Positions 48,476-59,550 are shown, numbered from the stretch's first letter. The stretch is DNA of 64,000 nt from an uncultured delta proteobacterium (GCA_963772225.1 CAVYWD010000009.1:153063-217062), one strand, 5' to 3'. The notes: a model not told the origin generated them from the letters alone. Numbers and translations are program-made.

Positions 48476-49471
48476 ATGGACGATCCTCTGGCAGGACTTA
48501 GCAAGCAGCAGGCCATGCTCGTGCTGACGGCCGTGGCTTTTGGCGGGCCAGCGAGCTTGCAAGCGCTCGAGCGCCTGCCCGAGGGCCAGGAACAGCTCCT
48601 GACAGTGCGCGCCCGCGAAATCCTGGAGCTCCCGCGCGAGCGCCGGGTGCCATACTTAGTGCAGGAGATCAAGCGGCTCGTCGCGAGCAAGCGCACCGAT
48701 TGGCTGCAGGGCGCGAGCGCGGCCCGAGTCGCCGCGGCCCTCCAGGGCGAGCGCGCCTCGGTGGTCGAAGTGGTGCTGCGCGCGCTGCCCGCCTCGCTCG
48801 CCAGGGACGCGCGCCTCGCGCTGCGACACACCCCGGTCAAGCTCGCCCGCGAGATCCGCCCCGCCCTCCTCGCGGCGCTGCGCTCGCAGTTCGAGGACAG
48901 GCTCGCAAGGACTCCGCCCCCGCCGGATCCCTCCCTATCGGACCTGCCGCGGCTCTCGGCGGCTGAGCTCGAAGCGCTTTGCGACGCGCTGGGCGCGCGC
49001 TCCCTCGCCACAGCGCTGGCCGCGGTCGGCGGCGCGGAGCGCGACGAGCACCTCGCGCGCCTCTCGCCCAAGCAAAGAGACGCCGCCGAGCGCGGAGGCT
49101 CGGCTGGCCCTCGCATCAATCGGGTGCTCGCGCGCCAGCGGCTCGACCAGGCGTTCGCCTCCTCCGATCCGCAGCAGGCCGTCCGCGACCTCGGGCTTCG
49201 GCGCCTGGCCCGCGCATGCCTCGCGACCTCGGAGTCGCTCGCCCACGAGGTCGCCGAGACCTGCGGCGGCGACCTCGCCCGCGCGCTCGCCTCGCTCGCC
49301 GACGAGGAGCGCGCCAACCCGCGAGCCGACGGTGAGGCCTGCCGCCGCGAAGCCCTCTGCGAGCTACAGGCGCTCGCCGTCCGCGACGAGCGGCCCGGCG
49401 CCGCGCCCAGCGCCGAGACGGCATTCCAGCCCGCGCAGCTTTCCCCCGGCGCGCGCCGGCCCAAACCCTGA
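48476..49471 (+). CDS. FliG/SctK-like protein
   Basis: VAAALQGERASVVEVVLRALP resembles the FliG-M EHPQ helix; LSDLPRLSAAEL..SLATAL resembles FliG-C. Lies directly upstream of a FliH/SctL homolog. Confidence 0.55.
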   Translation: MDDPLAGLSKQQAMLVLTAVAFGGPASLQALERLPEGQEQLLTVRAREILELPRERRVPYLVQEIKRLVASKRTDWLQGASAARVAAALQGERASVVEVVLRALPASLARDARLALRHTPVKLAREIRPALLAALRSQFEDRLARTPPPPDPSLSDLPRLSAAELEALCDALGARSLATALAAVGGAERDEHLARLSPKQRDAAERGGSAGPRINRVLARQRLDQAFASSDPQQAVRDLGLRRLARACLATSESLAHEVAETCGGDLARALASLADEERANPRADGEACRREALCELQALAVRDERPGAAPSAETAFQPAQLSPGARRPKP

Positions 49472-49507
49472 CCGGAGAGCAGTGCTCCGCCGAAGTGAGC
49501 GAACCCC

Positions 49508-50190
49508 ATGTCGAGCAAGAATCATCAGGAGCGATGGCGCCCCCGAGCTGGCTGCGGCTGCGCCTGCGGACCGCCCGGCGCCGCCCCGAGCCGCCCGGCC
49601 CGGCGTGGTCGACGCGGAGGTCTACGACGCCCATCAAAAGGCCCGGGAAATCGTCGAATCCGCCCAGCGCCAGGCGGCGCAGATTCTGAGAACCGCCGAG
49701 TCGGCGCGCGACGAGCTTGCCGCGAAAGCGCGCGAAGATGGCTACCAGGAGGGTCTCGCCGAGGCCACGGCCATCCTCGTCCGCGCGCGGCAAGAGCATC
49801 GGGCGCTGGTGTCCAGCGCCGAGGCCGATGCCGTCCGGTTGGCGCTGGCCATCGCGCAGAAGATCATCGGCCGAGCCCTGGAGCTCGACCGCGAGCTGCT
49901 CTTGCCGCTCGTCGCCCAGGCGGCCGAGAGCGTGCGCCACCACCGGGAGCTGGTGCTGAGGGTTCACCCCGGCGACGCGGAGCTCCTGCGCGCGAGCCGC
50001 CGGAAGTTGATGGACCTCATGGGCCGCACCCGGGAGATCGCGGTGCGCGAGGACGCCGAGAATCCAGCGCGGGAGCTGCATCGTGGAGACCGAGGGCGGG
50101 ACCGTGGACGCCCAGCTCGAGACGCAGCTCAAAGCCATGGAGCAAGCGCTCTTGGTCGACGGAGCGCCAGAAGGACCGCCCGCCCAGTGA
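49508..50190 (+). CDS. FliH/SctL (HrpE/YscL) family stator protein; two +1 frameshifts (~49520, ~50061)
   Basis: Reconstructed MSSK/IIRS..AREDGYQEGLAE..LALAIAQKII..LRVHPGD..EDAE/IQRGSCIVETEGGTVDAQLETQL. Confidence 0.85.
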
Positions 50191-50208
50191 AGGCCAGCGG
50201 CGCCCGCC

Positions 50209-52015
50209 CTACCCGATGGCCCGCGCCTGCACGAGGTGGACGAGGATTCGCGCCGTGTCGAGCCGGCTCATGCTGGAGAGGGTGAACAGGTCGTCGTAGC
50301 TGATCTGCCCGTCGACCATCGAGAGCACGAAGCCGGCGCGATGGTCCAGGTTGAGCCAGACGATCTCGTCGGGCTTGAGCTTCACCTGGGGTCGGAACGT
50401 CAGGTCGCCCAGCTTGCTCTCGAACATCGCGAGCAGCGTCGATTCGCAGCGCTGCAAGAGCTCGTGCGCAGTCGCGTTCTGCGGGTCGAGGGCGAGGACC
50501 TTTTCGACCGTCTCCAGCGCTCCTGTGTGGTCATCCAGGTCCAGCTGGTCGGCGGCCTGCAGCAGAAGCGCGCCGATGTCGGGGCTCTGGGGCTGGCCCG
50601 GCTCGGGAGAGGTGCCGAGCTCGACGTCGACCTCAACCTCGACCTCCACCGGCGCGTCCGCTTCCGGCGGATGGAGAGCCAGGCCGCGGGACGTGGGCGT
50701 CGCCGGCACGTGCTCGACCGGCCCCACCGACGTCTCCGCGCCCGACTCAGGCGCGGCGTCGGCGCCCGGCGGCGCCGGCGGGAACTGCACGCGCGTCCCG
50801 CCGGAGGCCGCCGCCACGACGGGGAACGGGCGCGGCGTCCGAGGAAAAGGGCCCGCCGAGGGCTCGGGATCGGGGTCGAGCGGCGCCGCGAATTGCGCCA
50901 GCGTGCCGCCCGGAGGCGTGGGCACATTCACCGCGAAGGGCCGCGGCGTCATGGGAAACGGTGAGTCGAGCGTGAGCTCGGAGCTGCTCGGTTCCGGCAG
51001 CCCGCTCGGGTCGGGCACGAGGGGGCCACGGCCGGGGAAGCGCTCCTCGACGGCGGGCGGAGAGCTCTCCGGCTCGGAAAGGAACGAAAGACCGGGAAAG
51101 CCTATCGGCGTGGGTGTCTCCAGGCCCGCGAGACCGTCTTTCGGCGCCGGGAATTGCGGCGGAGTCGCGCCGGGAGGCAGCGGGCAAGGAAGCGGGACGG
51201 GCTCCCGATCGAGCGCCGGCGAGAACATGAAGGGTGAAGGCGAGGGGACGGCCTCGCGCGCCAGGGGCGGCGGCAGCGGAATGGGCTCGCGCGGTTCGGG
51301 CAACGGGCGCGGGAACAGCACCTTGGTCATTCCCGCGTCGCTCGACTCCTGCGCCGACTCCAGGAATTCTCGAATCGGCTCGGAGAGCCCATAGATCTGC
51401 GTCTGCGGCCCGCTCGGCTCTCCGAAGAACAGGGGGCCCATGGTGCCCGAAGCCACCTCCTCGAGAGCTCCCAGGGCCTCGCCGATGTCGAATCCAGGGG
51501 GCGGGCGGCCCGCTCGGCGCGGCAGACCTCGGGGAAGGCTTCGGGGACGCAGGAGGAGACGGCGCATCGGGAGGGGTGAACTCGAACACCCGGGTGTGCG
51601 ATGACGCCGCGCTCGGAGAAGTTTCCGGAGCGGCGAGCTCGATGGTTTCCCGAACCAGGATCGACAGAGGCGTGCCCTTCGCCTCGAACGGGCTCGGGGT
51701 CAGAGGCATCGGCTCGGACTCCTGATCGGCTGGAGCCGGACGCGCGAACGGGTTCTTGCGCAGCGGCGAGCTCGGGATGGCCACCGAGGGCGGCGTGAAC
51801 AAGAGGCCCATGGCCGGGGTCACGCCGGGATTGAGCGGATCCGATGGGGCCTGGAGACCGAGCTTGGCCAGCGATTCGAGCCCCGCGCGCGCCCGCTCGT
51901 TGGCGGGGTCGAGCAGCAGCGCCTCCTGCCAGGTGTCGGCAGCGCCCTGCAGGTCGCCCGACAGCTTGCGCCTGAGCCCCTCTTGCACCAGCTCTTTGGT
52001 CCGGTCGACGGGCAT
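50209..52015 (-). CDS. TPR / Pro-rich / winged-helix-like hypothetical protein; +1 frameshift near 51492
   Basis: N-terminal TPR (WQEALLLDPANERA), long Pro-rich linker, TPR (VLALDPQNATA), and C-terminal LDHRAGFVLSMVDG..LFTLSSM..ILVHL. Confidence 0.75.
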
Positions 52016-52168
52016 GCGTCAATCGTCAAGCCTAATCGCTCTGCCGTGAAAGCGCGAACTCCCGCCCCGCGCAAGGCACCGAGAACGCCCGACTTCGGGC
52101 CAGCGGGCGACCGCCTGACCGAAAGTGGACCTTTGCAGCCTCGAGCCGCCTCCTGGTGCCGCCGGCTT

Positions 52169-54013
52169 TCAGCCCTGTTCCAACCGGGCGACCAGCGCCT
52201 TGAGCGCGGCAGCGGCCTTGGCCATCTCGTCGCACGACGCGACCAGCGGCGGGAGCGCGCGGCCCTGGACTGCCTCTCGCGCGCGCTCGAGCTGCTGCTC
52301 GGTTCGCGCGACGACATCGCTGCTCAGCGCGCCCCGGATCGCTTCCTCGCGCACTCGGGCGAAGACCCCCTCCACCTCGGCGACCAGCGCGATGAGCTCC
52401 GAGCGTCGCCGGCGCACCTCCTCGTCCGACTGCGCCTCGAGCATGTAGTCGCGCTGCTCGTCCATGATGCGCGCCAGCTCTTCCTGCGTCAGGCCGCCGG
52501 ACGCGGTCACGGTGATGGACTGGCGCTTGCCGGTGGCGGTGTCTTTGGCGGAGACCGAGACGATGCCGTCGGCGCTGATGTCGAAGGTGACGGCGATTTC
52601 GACCTCGCCGCGCAAGGCCGGCCGCAGCCCCGAGAGCATGAACTCGCCGAGCAACTCGTTCTGGGCCGCGATCTCGCTCTCGCCCTGCAGCACCATGATC
52701 TTCACCGTGGTCTGCAGGTCCTTGGAGGTGGCGAACAGCTCGGTCGCCGAGGTGGGCACGGTGGAATTCTTCGGGATGATGGTGCGCGCGTAGCCGCCGG
52801 CGAGGGCCACCCCCAGCGAATGCGGGGTCACGTCGAGCAGCACGACGCTCGACGCCTCCTCGACCAGGGCGTTCGCCTGGATGGCGGCGCCGAGCGCCAC
52901 CACCTCCTCCGGGTGCACGCCCTTGCACGGGTCTCGGCCGAAGAACTGCCTGACCGCCTCGGCCACCGCCGGCATGCGGGTCATCCCGCCGACCAGGATC
53001 ACCTCCTTGATGTCCCGCGGGCGCACCGACGCCTCCTCCAGCGTGGCGCGGGCGCGCTCGATGCAGCGGCCAATGAGGTCTCGGGTCCTCTCCTCGAGGC
53101 GGTCCCGCGTGTAGGGGCGCTGCAGATGCACGGCGTTGCCGCCGGACTGCGGGCTGTAGATGAACGGCAGGTTGATCTGCGCCTCGCGGGTGTTGGAGAG
53201 CTCGCACTTGGCCTTCTCCGCCGCCTCCTTGAGCCGCTGCAGCGCCATCTTGTCCTGGCGAAGATCGGCGCCGCTCTCGGACGAAAAGTGGAGCGCCAAG
53301 TCCTCGATGATCCGATTGTCGAAGTCCTCGCCGCCCAGGAACGTGTCCCCGCCGGTCGCGAGCACCTCGAAGACCCCGGCTGCGACGTGGAGAATGGAGA
53401 TGTCGAAGGTGCCGCCGCCCAGGTCGAAGACGGAGATGAGCCCCTCGACGTTCCTACCGAAGCCGTAGGCGAGGGCCGCGCTGGTGGGCTCGTTGATGAT
53501 GCGCAGCACGTCCAGGCCGGCGATCTCTCCGGCGTCCTTGGTGGCCTGGCGCTGACCGTCGTTGAAGTAGGCAGGGACAGTGACCACCGCCTGGCGCACT
53601 GCGCGGCCGAAGTAGGCCTCGGCGTCGGCCTTGAGCTCGCCGAGGATCATGGCGGAGAGCTCCGGGACCGAGTAGTCCCTCCCCGCGAGCCGGATTCGCA
53701 GGTCGTTGTGCTCGCCCGCGTGGACGGAGTACGGCAGGACCTTGAGCGCCTCGCGCACCTGAGGGCTCGAGAACTTGCGCCCGATGAGCCGCTTGATGGC
53801 GTAGGCGGTGTTCTCGGCATTCGTGACCGCCTGCCGCTTGGCGATGGCGCCGACCAGCCGCTTGCCGTTCGGCGCCATGGCGATCACCGAAGGCGTGAGG
53901 GTGGAGCCCGCCCGATTCTTGATGACGACCGCCTGGCCGTTTTGAACCGTCGCGACCGCGCTGTTGGTCGTGCCCAGGTCGATTCCGATGACGGGCTCGT
54001 GGTCGGTACCCAT
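52169..54013 (-). CDS. dnaK: Hsp70/DnaK paralog
   Basis: [56 protein letters not shown] and VLLDVTP linker; divergent lid, no acidic tail. Confidence 0.9.
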   Translation of the reverse strand: MGTDHEPVIGIDLGTTNSAVATVQNGQAVVIKNRAGSTLTPSVIAMAPNGKRLVGAIAKRQAVTNAENTAYAIKRLIGRKFSSPQVREALKVLPYSVHAGEHNDLRIRLAGRDYSVPELSAMILGELKADAEAYFGRAVRQAVVTVPAYFNDGQRQATKDAGEIAGLDVLRIINEPTSAALAYGFGRNVEGLISVFDLGGGTFDISILHVAAGVFEVLATGGDTFLGGEDFDNRIIEDLALHFSSESGADLRQDKMALQRLKEAAEKAKCELSNTREAQINLPFIYSPQSGGNAVHLQRPYTRDRLEERTRDLIGRCIERARATLEEASVRPRDIKEVILVGGMTRMPAVAEAVRQFFGRDPCKGVHPEEVVALGAAIQANALVEEASSVVLLDVTPHSLGVALAGGYARTIIPKNSTVPTSATELFATSKDLQTTVKIMVLQGESEIAAQNELLGEFMLSGLRPALRGEVEIAVTFDISADGIVSVSAKDTATGKRQSITVTASGGLTQEELARIMDEQRDYMLEAQSDEEVRRRRSELIALVAEVEGVFARVREEAIRGALSSDVVARTEQQLERAREAVQGRALPPLVASCDEMAKAAAALKALVARLEQG

Positions 54014-54027
54014 TCCGGCTCCGCCTC

Positions 54028-55416
54028 CTAGAGCTTCCACCGCAGCTTCTTGAGATGATCCTTCGCCACGGGGTCGTCGGGGCGCAGCTTGAGCACGGCT
54101 TCGAACTCACGCTGAGCGTTCTTCTCCAGGCCCGCCCTGAGCAACACCCGCGCGAAGAGCAGTCGGTGGTCGGCGCTCTCCGGCTTGAGCTCGGCGGCCC
54201 GGCGCGCCATGGAGTGCGCCTCCTTCAGCTCGGCCGCCCCGCCGACGGCGAGCAGCAGCCGGGTCAGCCGCGCTGCGTAGTCGGCGTTCGACGGGTCGAG
54301 CTGGGCGGCATTGCGCACGCGCGCGAGCGCGTCGGCCGCGTTCCCCATCCGCTCGGCACCTTCGCCGTCCTCGAACTCCTTGGCCGCCCTGGCCTGGTCG
54401 GCGCCCTTCCGCGCGGTGTGGAGCAGCTCCGCGACCTCCTTGTTCTTGGAGTCGATGTTCGAGGCGAGGCTCAGGTCGGTGAAGGCGCGCGCGTAGTCGC
54501 CTTTCTTCAAAAGCTCGCGCCCGCGCTGGGCGAGCTCGTGGAGCTTGGCCGCCTTGGCGAGGTACGGGTGGCGCGCGAGCCGCGCGCGGCGCTCGGCGGC
54601 CCGCGCCGGGTCGAGCTCGGCGACCGGGTCCGGGGTTGCCGCCATCTCCGGATGCTCCGCCAGGTAGCTCTGGCGCCGCTGCGGCTCGGTGAGCACCGCC
54701 TGCGCCTCGGTGAGCTTCCGGAAGATGCGGTCGATGCGGGCCTTGTAGCTGCCGAGGTTCTTGCCGAAGTAGCGATCCGGGTGGAAGCGCTTGCTCAGCT
54801 CGTAGTACGCCTTCTTGATCTCCGGCGCAGGGGCCCCGGGCGAAAGCCCGAGCATTCGGAAGAAGTCGTCGCCGACGCAGCGCTTGTCGAGCTCGAGGAT
54901 CTCCTGCCTTCGCTCGAGGTCCAGGTCGACCCGCTCGGTCAGGGCGGCCGGGTCCACCGGCAAGGGACCGGAGGTCTTCTGCCGCAGGGCGGCGGCCGGG
55001 GTGACCGACGGCCCCGGCCGCGCGTGGGGCGGCGTGGCCAGGCCCCCTCGGCGCGCGCCGCCGGGCTGGATGACGCCGCGCAGGCGCAGCCCCAGCAAGA
55101 GCGCGAGGGCGCGCGCCTCGCTGAGCCCGCTGCCGAGGATCACCTCGCCGAGCGGAGCCCCCTGCCCCGCACAAGCGACCAGCCTCATCTCCTCTGGCGA
55201 CAGCCCGCGGAACTCAGCGCCGGGCACCGCGCAGATGAGACTGGTACGGCTCCCCAGCCCATTGATGAAATCGGTGCCCAAGCAGCTCCCCGGCGGGTCG
55301 ACGAGGCGAGACCGCAGAGCATACGTGTGTGCCCGAAAACAGATCAAATTTCGGGCGCGTTGACCCGCCGTTCGACGCGAGCTAGTCGAGCGCGCTCCGG
55401 GCGCCGGAGGTCCCAT
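54028..55416 (-). CDS. J-domain protein with C-terminal TPRs; true start uncertain (probably ~55230-55290)
   Basis: [36 protein letters not shown], followed by several TPR helices; stop 14 nt before dnaK. Confidence 0.88.
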   Translation of the reverse strand: MGPPAPGARSTSSRRTAGQRARNLICFRAHTYALRSRLVDPPGSCLGTDFINGLGSRTSLICAVPGAEFRGLSPEEMRLVACAGQGAPLGEVILGSGLSEARALALLLGLRLRGVIQPGGARRGGLATPPHARPGPSVTPAAALRQKTSGPLPVDPAALTERVDLDLERRQEILELDKRCVGDDFFRMLGLSPGAPAPEIKKAYYELSKRFHPDRYFGKNLGSYKARIDRIFRKLTEAQAVLTEPQRRQSYLAEHPEMAATPDPVAELDPARAAERRARLARHPYLAKAAKLHELAQRGRELLKKGDYARAFTDLSLASNIDSKNKEVAELLHTARKGADQARAAKEFEDGEGAERMGNAADALARVRNAAQLDPSNADYAARLTRLLLAVGGAAELKEAHSMARRAAELKPESADHRLLFARVLLRAGLEKNAQREFEAVLKLRPDDPVAKDHLKKLRWKL

Positions 55417-56089
55417 AGTCCAGGAGCTCGGTGGTGATGCTGCCGTCCGAGGCCTCGCTCTTGACCATGCCGTTGATGGGCACGGCCGGGTGGAACCAGC
55501 CGGTGCTCTCCAGGGTCGAGGTCCCCAGCGAGACCTTGCCGGTGTTCTTGCCGCAGCCCTGGAACGTGCCAGCGGCCACCGTAACGCTCTCGGCGCTCAC
55601 GAGCGTCGGCTCGAGGGCGGAGGTCCCCGCCAGCATCGACCTCATCATGCCCTTCATCATCGCCGCCCCGGGTTGGTCGGAGCTGAAGTCGAGGACCTTG
55701 GGGGCCTTGTCGTCGGTCTTGGTCACGACCTTGAGGATGACGTCGACGACCTCGTCCTTGTTGCGAGGCATACGCGAGTAGAGCGTCTTGGAGACGGTGT
55801 GGTGGTAGTAGTCCTGCGACTCGGACTCGACCCAGAGCCCGCCCCCCTCGCGTCCCACGACGCTGAGCTTGACCACCGACACCCGCTGGTTCTTGACGTC
55901 GGTCGCCTTGAAGACGAGCCACTGGCCGACGTTCCACTCCATGGGCTGGAACGAGGCCGGCGCGGGCTCCGAGTGGCTCCCGCGGACCGAGCGCACCAAC
56001 TCGTCGGTTGCGGACTGCATCTTCGGGTTGACGCCGGGCGCGCACGAGGCGGCCCCGATGATGGCGGCGAAGGCGATGAGCTTCTTCAT
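55382..56089 (-). CDS. Hypothetical lipoprotein
   Basis: MKKLIAFAAIIGAASC lipobox with RBS; ESVTVAAGTF motif. Confidence 0.8.
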   Translation of the reverse strand: MKKLIAFAAIIGAASCAPGVNPKMQSATDELVRSVRGSHSEPAPASFQPMEWNVGQWLVFKATDVKNQRVSVVKLSVVGREGGGLWVESESQDYYHHTVSKTLYSRMPRNKDEVVDVILKVVTKTDDKAPKVLDFSSDQPGAAMMKGMMRSMLAGTSALEPTLVSAESVTVAAGTFQGCGKNTGKVSLGTSTLESTGWFHPAVPINGMVKSEASDGSITTELLDYGTSGARSALD

Positions 56090-56358
56090 GGCTTCCTTCC
56101 TCCCTTGAGGCGGCAGGTCCGGCCAAGCTGCTGCACGGCCAGGGATAGCCAAGGCGGGGCAAAGGCACAAGGTCAAAACCCGAGCGGCGGCGCGAAACCG
56201 GGGGCGAGGTCTTCGAGAACCCTGCGCCCGCGGCTCGCCGGCTCGGTCGCCCGCCCGCCTTTGAAAAAGCAAGCGCGATGCACTCGAGTCAAGTTCCTCG
56301 CCCCGCCAGATTTGCACCGAGAACTACCAACCATCACACGAGCCTGCGCCTCACCCCC

Positions 56359-56398
56359 CAACCCCCTCCCCGCTCGCGGGGAGGGGGCGAAGGGGGAG
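56359..56398. repeat. REP-like palindromic repeat, copy 2
   Basis: Identical 40-mer to 43512-43551; lies downstream of hslU. Confidence 0.9.
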
Positions 56399-56407
56399 CA
56401 GCTCGCG

Positions 56408-56530
56408 CTAAGAGGATGTACCGCGACAGGTCCTCGTCCTCGACGATCTCCGCGAGGTGGCCCTGCACGCTAGAGGATGTACCGCGACAGGTCCTCGTCC
56501 TCGACGATCTCCGCGAGGTGGCCCTGCACG
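56408..56530 (-). repeat. Tandem duplication of the last 61 bp of hslU
   Basis: 56408-56469 equals 56470-56530 apart from one inserted base (ctaag versus ctag). Confidence 0.95.
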
Positions 56531-57795
56531 TAGCCGCGGTCGATGATGACGTGTTTCTCGACCGCCTCGCTCGCGCCGAAGGAGAGCTCGTCGAGCAGCC
56601 GCTCCATGATGGTGTGGAGCCGCCTTGCGCCGATGTTCTCGGTCCGCTCGTTGACCCGCTGGGCGATGCGGGCGATCTCCTCGATGGCGTCGTTGCGAAA
56701 CTCGACCTTCAGCCCCTCGGTCTCGAGCAGCGCGGTGTACTGGCGGATGAGCGAGTTCTTCGGCTCGCTCAAGATGCGGACCAGGTCTGCCCCGGAGAGC
56801 GCCTCGAGCTCCACGCGGATGGGGAAGCGCCCCTGCAGCTCGGGGATGAGGTCCGACGGCTTGGACACGTGAAAGGCGCCGGCGGCAATGAAGAGGATGT
56901 GGTCGGTGCGCACCGTGCCGTACTTCGTGGTGACCGTGGAGCCCTCGACGATGGGCAGAATGTCGCGCTGGACGCCCTCGCGGCTCACGTCCGGGCCCGC
57001 GCCTTTCTCCCGCCCGGCGATCTTGTCGATCTCGTCGATGAAGACGATGCCGCTCTCCTCGGCGCGCTGGACGGCTTCGCGCTGCACGCGCTCCATGTCG
57101 ACCATTTTGCCGGCCTCGTCGTCGGTGAGGGCCCTGAGCGCGTCCTGCACCTTCATGCTGCGCTTCCGGGAGCGCTTGGGGAACATGTTCCCGAACAGGC
57201 TCTCCATGTTCACGCCGATCTCCTCCATGCCCTGCCCGCTGAACGCGGTCATGAAGGGCATGTTGGCCTTCTCGGGGACGTCCACCTCCACCGTCTGGTC
57301 GTCCAGCGTCCCGGCGCGGAGCTGCGCGCGCAGCTTCTCGCGGTCTTGCGAGAGGCTGGGCGGGCCGAAGCCCGCCGCGTTGACGCCGGAGAGCAGGTCC
57401 AGCAGCCGCTCCTCGGCGACGTCGCGCGCCTTCATCCGGAACTTCTCGGCCTCCTCCTCGCGCACCAGCTTTATGGAGACCTCGACCAGGTCGCGGATCA
57501 TGGAGTCGACGTCGCGCCCCACGTACCCGACTTCGGTGAACTTGCTCGCCTCGACCTTGACGAACGGCGCCTGCGCGAGCCGCGCCAGGCGCCGGGCGAT
57601 CTCGGTCTTACCGACCCCGGTCGGGCCGATCATGATGATGTTCTTGGGCAGGATCTCGTCCTTGAGCTCGCCCTGCACCAGCTGGCGACGCCAGCGGTTG
57701 CGCAGCGCGATGGCTACCGCGCGCTTGGCTTTCGTCTGCCCGACGATGTAGCGGTCGAGCTCTCGCACGATCTCCTGAGGCTTGAGCGGGCTCAA
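56470..57795 (-). CDS. hslU: ATP-dependent protease ATPase subunit HslU
   Basis: [48 protein letters not shown] and DLSRYIL. Confidence 0.97.
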   Translation of the reverse strand: MSPLKPQEIVRELDRYIVGQTKAKRAVAIALRNRWRRQLVQGELKDEILPKNIIMIGPTGVGKTEIARRLARLAQAPFVKVEASKFTEVGYVGRDVDSMIRDLVEVSIKLVREEEAEKFRMKARDVAEERLLDLLSGVNAAGFGPPSLSQDREKLRAQLRAGTLDDQTVEVDVPEKANMPFMTAFSGQGMEEIGVNMESLFGNMFPKRSRKRSMKVQDALRALTDDEAGKMVDMERVQREAVQRAEESGIVFIDEIDKIAGREKGAGPDVSREGVQRDILPIVEGSTVTTKYGTVRTDHILFIAAGAFHVSKPSDLIPELQGRFPIRVELEALSGADLVRILSEPKNSLIRQYTALLETEGLKVEFRNDAIEEIARIAQRVNERTENIGARRLHTIMERLLDELSFGASEAVEKHVIIDRGYVQGHLAEIVEDEDLSRYIL

Positions 57796-57834
57796 AGTCT
57801 TCGTCCTGAACGGTTGAGAGGGCGCCTCGTCGAC

Positions 57835-58353
57835 CTACAGCTCCTCGTAGACGATGCGGTCATTGGTGAAGATGCAGATGTCCGCGGCGATCTTCATGGC
57901 GGCCTCCGCGATGGCGCGCGGCTGCAGGTCCGAGTGCTCGAGGAGCGCCCGCGCCGCCGCCTGGGCGTAGGGCCCGCCGCTGCCCACCGCCGCGAGCCCC
58001 AAGTCGGGCTCCAGCACGTCGCCCGCCCCGGTGACCACGAAGGTCTTCTCATGGTCGGCCACGATGAGCAGCGCCTCGAGCCTGCGCAGGAACCGGTCGG
58101 TGCGCCAGTCCTTGGCGAGCTCCACGCAGGCGCGCGGCAGGTTTTTCTGGTGCGCCTTGAGCTTCTCCTCAAAGCGCTCGAAGAGCGTGAACGCGTCCGC
58201 AGTCGCCCCGGCAAACCCCGCCAGAACCTGCCCCTCGGAGAGCCGCCGGACTTTGCGCGCCGTGCTCTTGAGCACGGTCTTGTCCAGCGTCACCTGGCCG
58301 TCGCCGGCCATGCAGATGTGGCCGTCCCGGCGAACACACAGAATGGTCGTCAT
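57835..58353 (-). CDS. hslV: ATP-dependent protease peptidase subunit HslV
   Basis: [28 protein letters not shown] and GSGG. Confidence 0.97.
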   Translation of the reverse strand: MTTILCVRRDGHICMAGDGQVTLDKTVLKSTARKVRRLSEGQVLAGFAGATADAFTLFERFEEKLKAHQKNLPRACVELAKDWRTDRFLRRLEALLIVADHEKTFVVTGAGDVLEPDLGLAAVGSGGPYAQAAARALLEHSDLQPRAIAEAAMKIAADICIFTNDRIVYEEL

Positions 58354-58416
58354 GCGCGTCGCCCTTTCGTCAGACAGCGCGTCGAAGTCCGTCCGGCGCG
58401 AATGGGGGAATCCAAG

Positions 58417-59379
58417 CTAACCACCCGGTCGACGATGGCAAGGTTCGCCCGGGGCCGGCGGCACGGCCCGCGGCTCCGCTCGGAGCGCGGGGGCCCGGGC
58501 GCGCGGGTGCGCGCGGTCGTAGACAGCCTGGAGCCGGTCCCAACTCACGTCGGTGTAGCGCTGGGTCGTCGAGAGGCTCGCGTGCCCCAGAAGCTCCTGG
58601 ATGACCCTCAAGTCCGCGCCGCCGTCGAGCAGGTGAGTGGCGAAGGAGTGGCGGAGCGCGTGGGGGTGGACGTGGCGCTTCAGGGCGCAAGCGAGGACGT
58701 GCTTGTCGATGAGGCGCGCCACGCTGCGGGGGCCGAGCCGCCCGCCCAGCCGATTGAGAAAGAGGGCGTCCTCGCCCGGAATCGGCGAGAGGTCTGCTCT
58801 CCTCGAAAGCCAGGCCTCGAGCGCCGCGCGCGCCTTGCGCCCCAGCGGGACGGTCCGCTCCTTGCGCCCTTTGCCCATCACCCGGACGACGTTTTCCTGG
58901 CGGTCCCAGTCGCCGGCGGACAGACCGCACAGCTCGCTGACGCGCACGCCCCCGCCGTAGAGCACCTCGAGCACCGCCCGGTCCCTGAGCCCCAGGGCGT
59001 CGGACGCGCTGGGGGCGTCGAGAAGCGCGAGCAAGTCGTCGACGGGCACGACCTTGGGCAGCGCCTTGGGCTTCTTGGGCGACATGACCAGCCGGCCCGG
59101 GTTCTGAGCCACCTTCCGGCGCTTGTAGAGAAACCCATACAGCGCGCGAATGGAGGCGAGCTTCCGGGCGCGGGTCGTGGCCCTCGTCTGGGCGTGCATG
59201 GCCGCGAGGAAGCCGCGCACGGCGAGGTGGTCGGCGCTCTCCAGCGAGAGCCCTCGCCCCTCGAGGTAGTCGCAGAATTGGCCGAGATCGCCGAGGTAGG
59301 CCTTGAGGGTGTGCGGCGACGCATCCCGCGTGGCCCGCAGGTATTCGGCGAATTGCTCGATGAGCGCGGGCCGGTTCAC
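58417..59379 (-). CDS. xerC: Tyrosine recombinase XerC
   Basis: GVRVSEL, GKGRKER, HPHALRHSFATHLL and LLGHASLSTTQRY; conserved trmFO..xerC-hslVU context. Confidence 0.9.
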   Translation of the reverse strand: MNRPALIEQFAEYLRATRDASPHTLKAYLGDLGQFCDYLEGRGLSLESADHLAVRGFLAAMHAQTRATTRARKLASIRALYGFLYKRRKVAQNPGRLVMSPKKPKALPKVVPVDDLLALLDAPSASDALGLRDRAVLEVLYGGGVRVSELCGLSAGDWDRQENVVRVMGKGRKERTVPLGRKARAALEAWLSRRADLSPIPGEDALFLNRLGGRLGPRSVARLIDKHVLACALKRHVHPHALRHSFATHLLDGGADLRVIQELLGHASLSTTQRYTDVSWDRLQAVYDRAHPRARAPALRAEPRAVPPAPGEPCHRRPGG

Positions 59380-59550
59380 TGCCGTGAATGCTAGCGTCCA
59401 ACAGCCGCTAGGCAAGTTCGCTCGCCTGCTCTTCGGGCAACTCTCGCGCCAGGCCGAACCTGAAAGGAAATTGCATGGGCTTCAAGAGACCTGAATCGAA
59501 GGCTCTCGCTCAGGCATCGCGCCTCCTTCAAGCGCGCGGACAGCGCACAC

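Noticed and set aside
58417-59379. Tyrosine recombinase as a prophage or island integrase
   Set aside because: Sequence and trmFO/hslVU context fit housekeeping XerC; no phage or cargo genes are adjacent.
2651-59394. Many long alternative-frame and antisense ORFs (e.g. 2651-4756, 7909-10338, 34747-38040, 56278-59394)
   Set aside because: They are shadows of real genes, expected in high-GC DNA with few stop codons; R/A/G/P-rich with no motifs.
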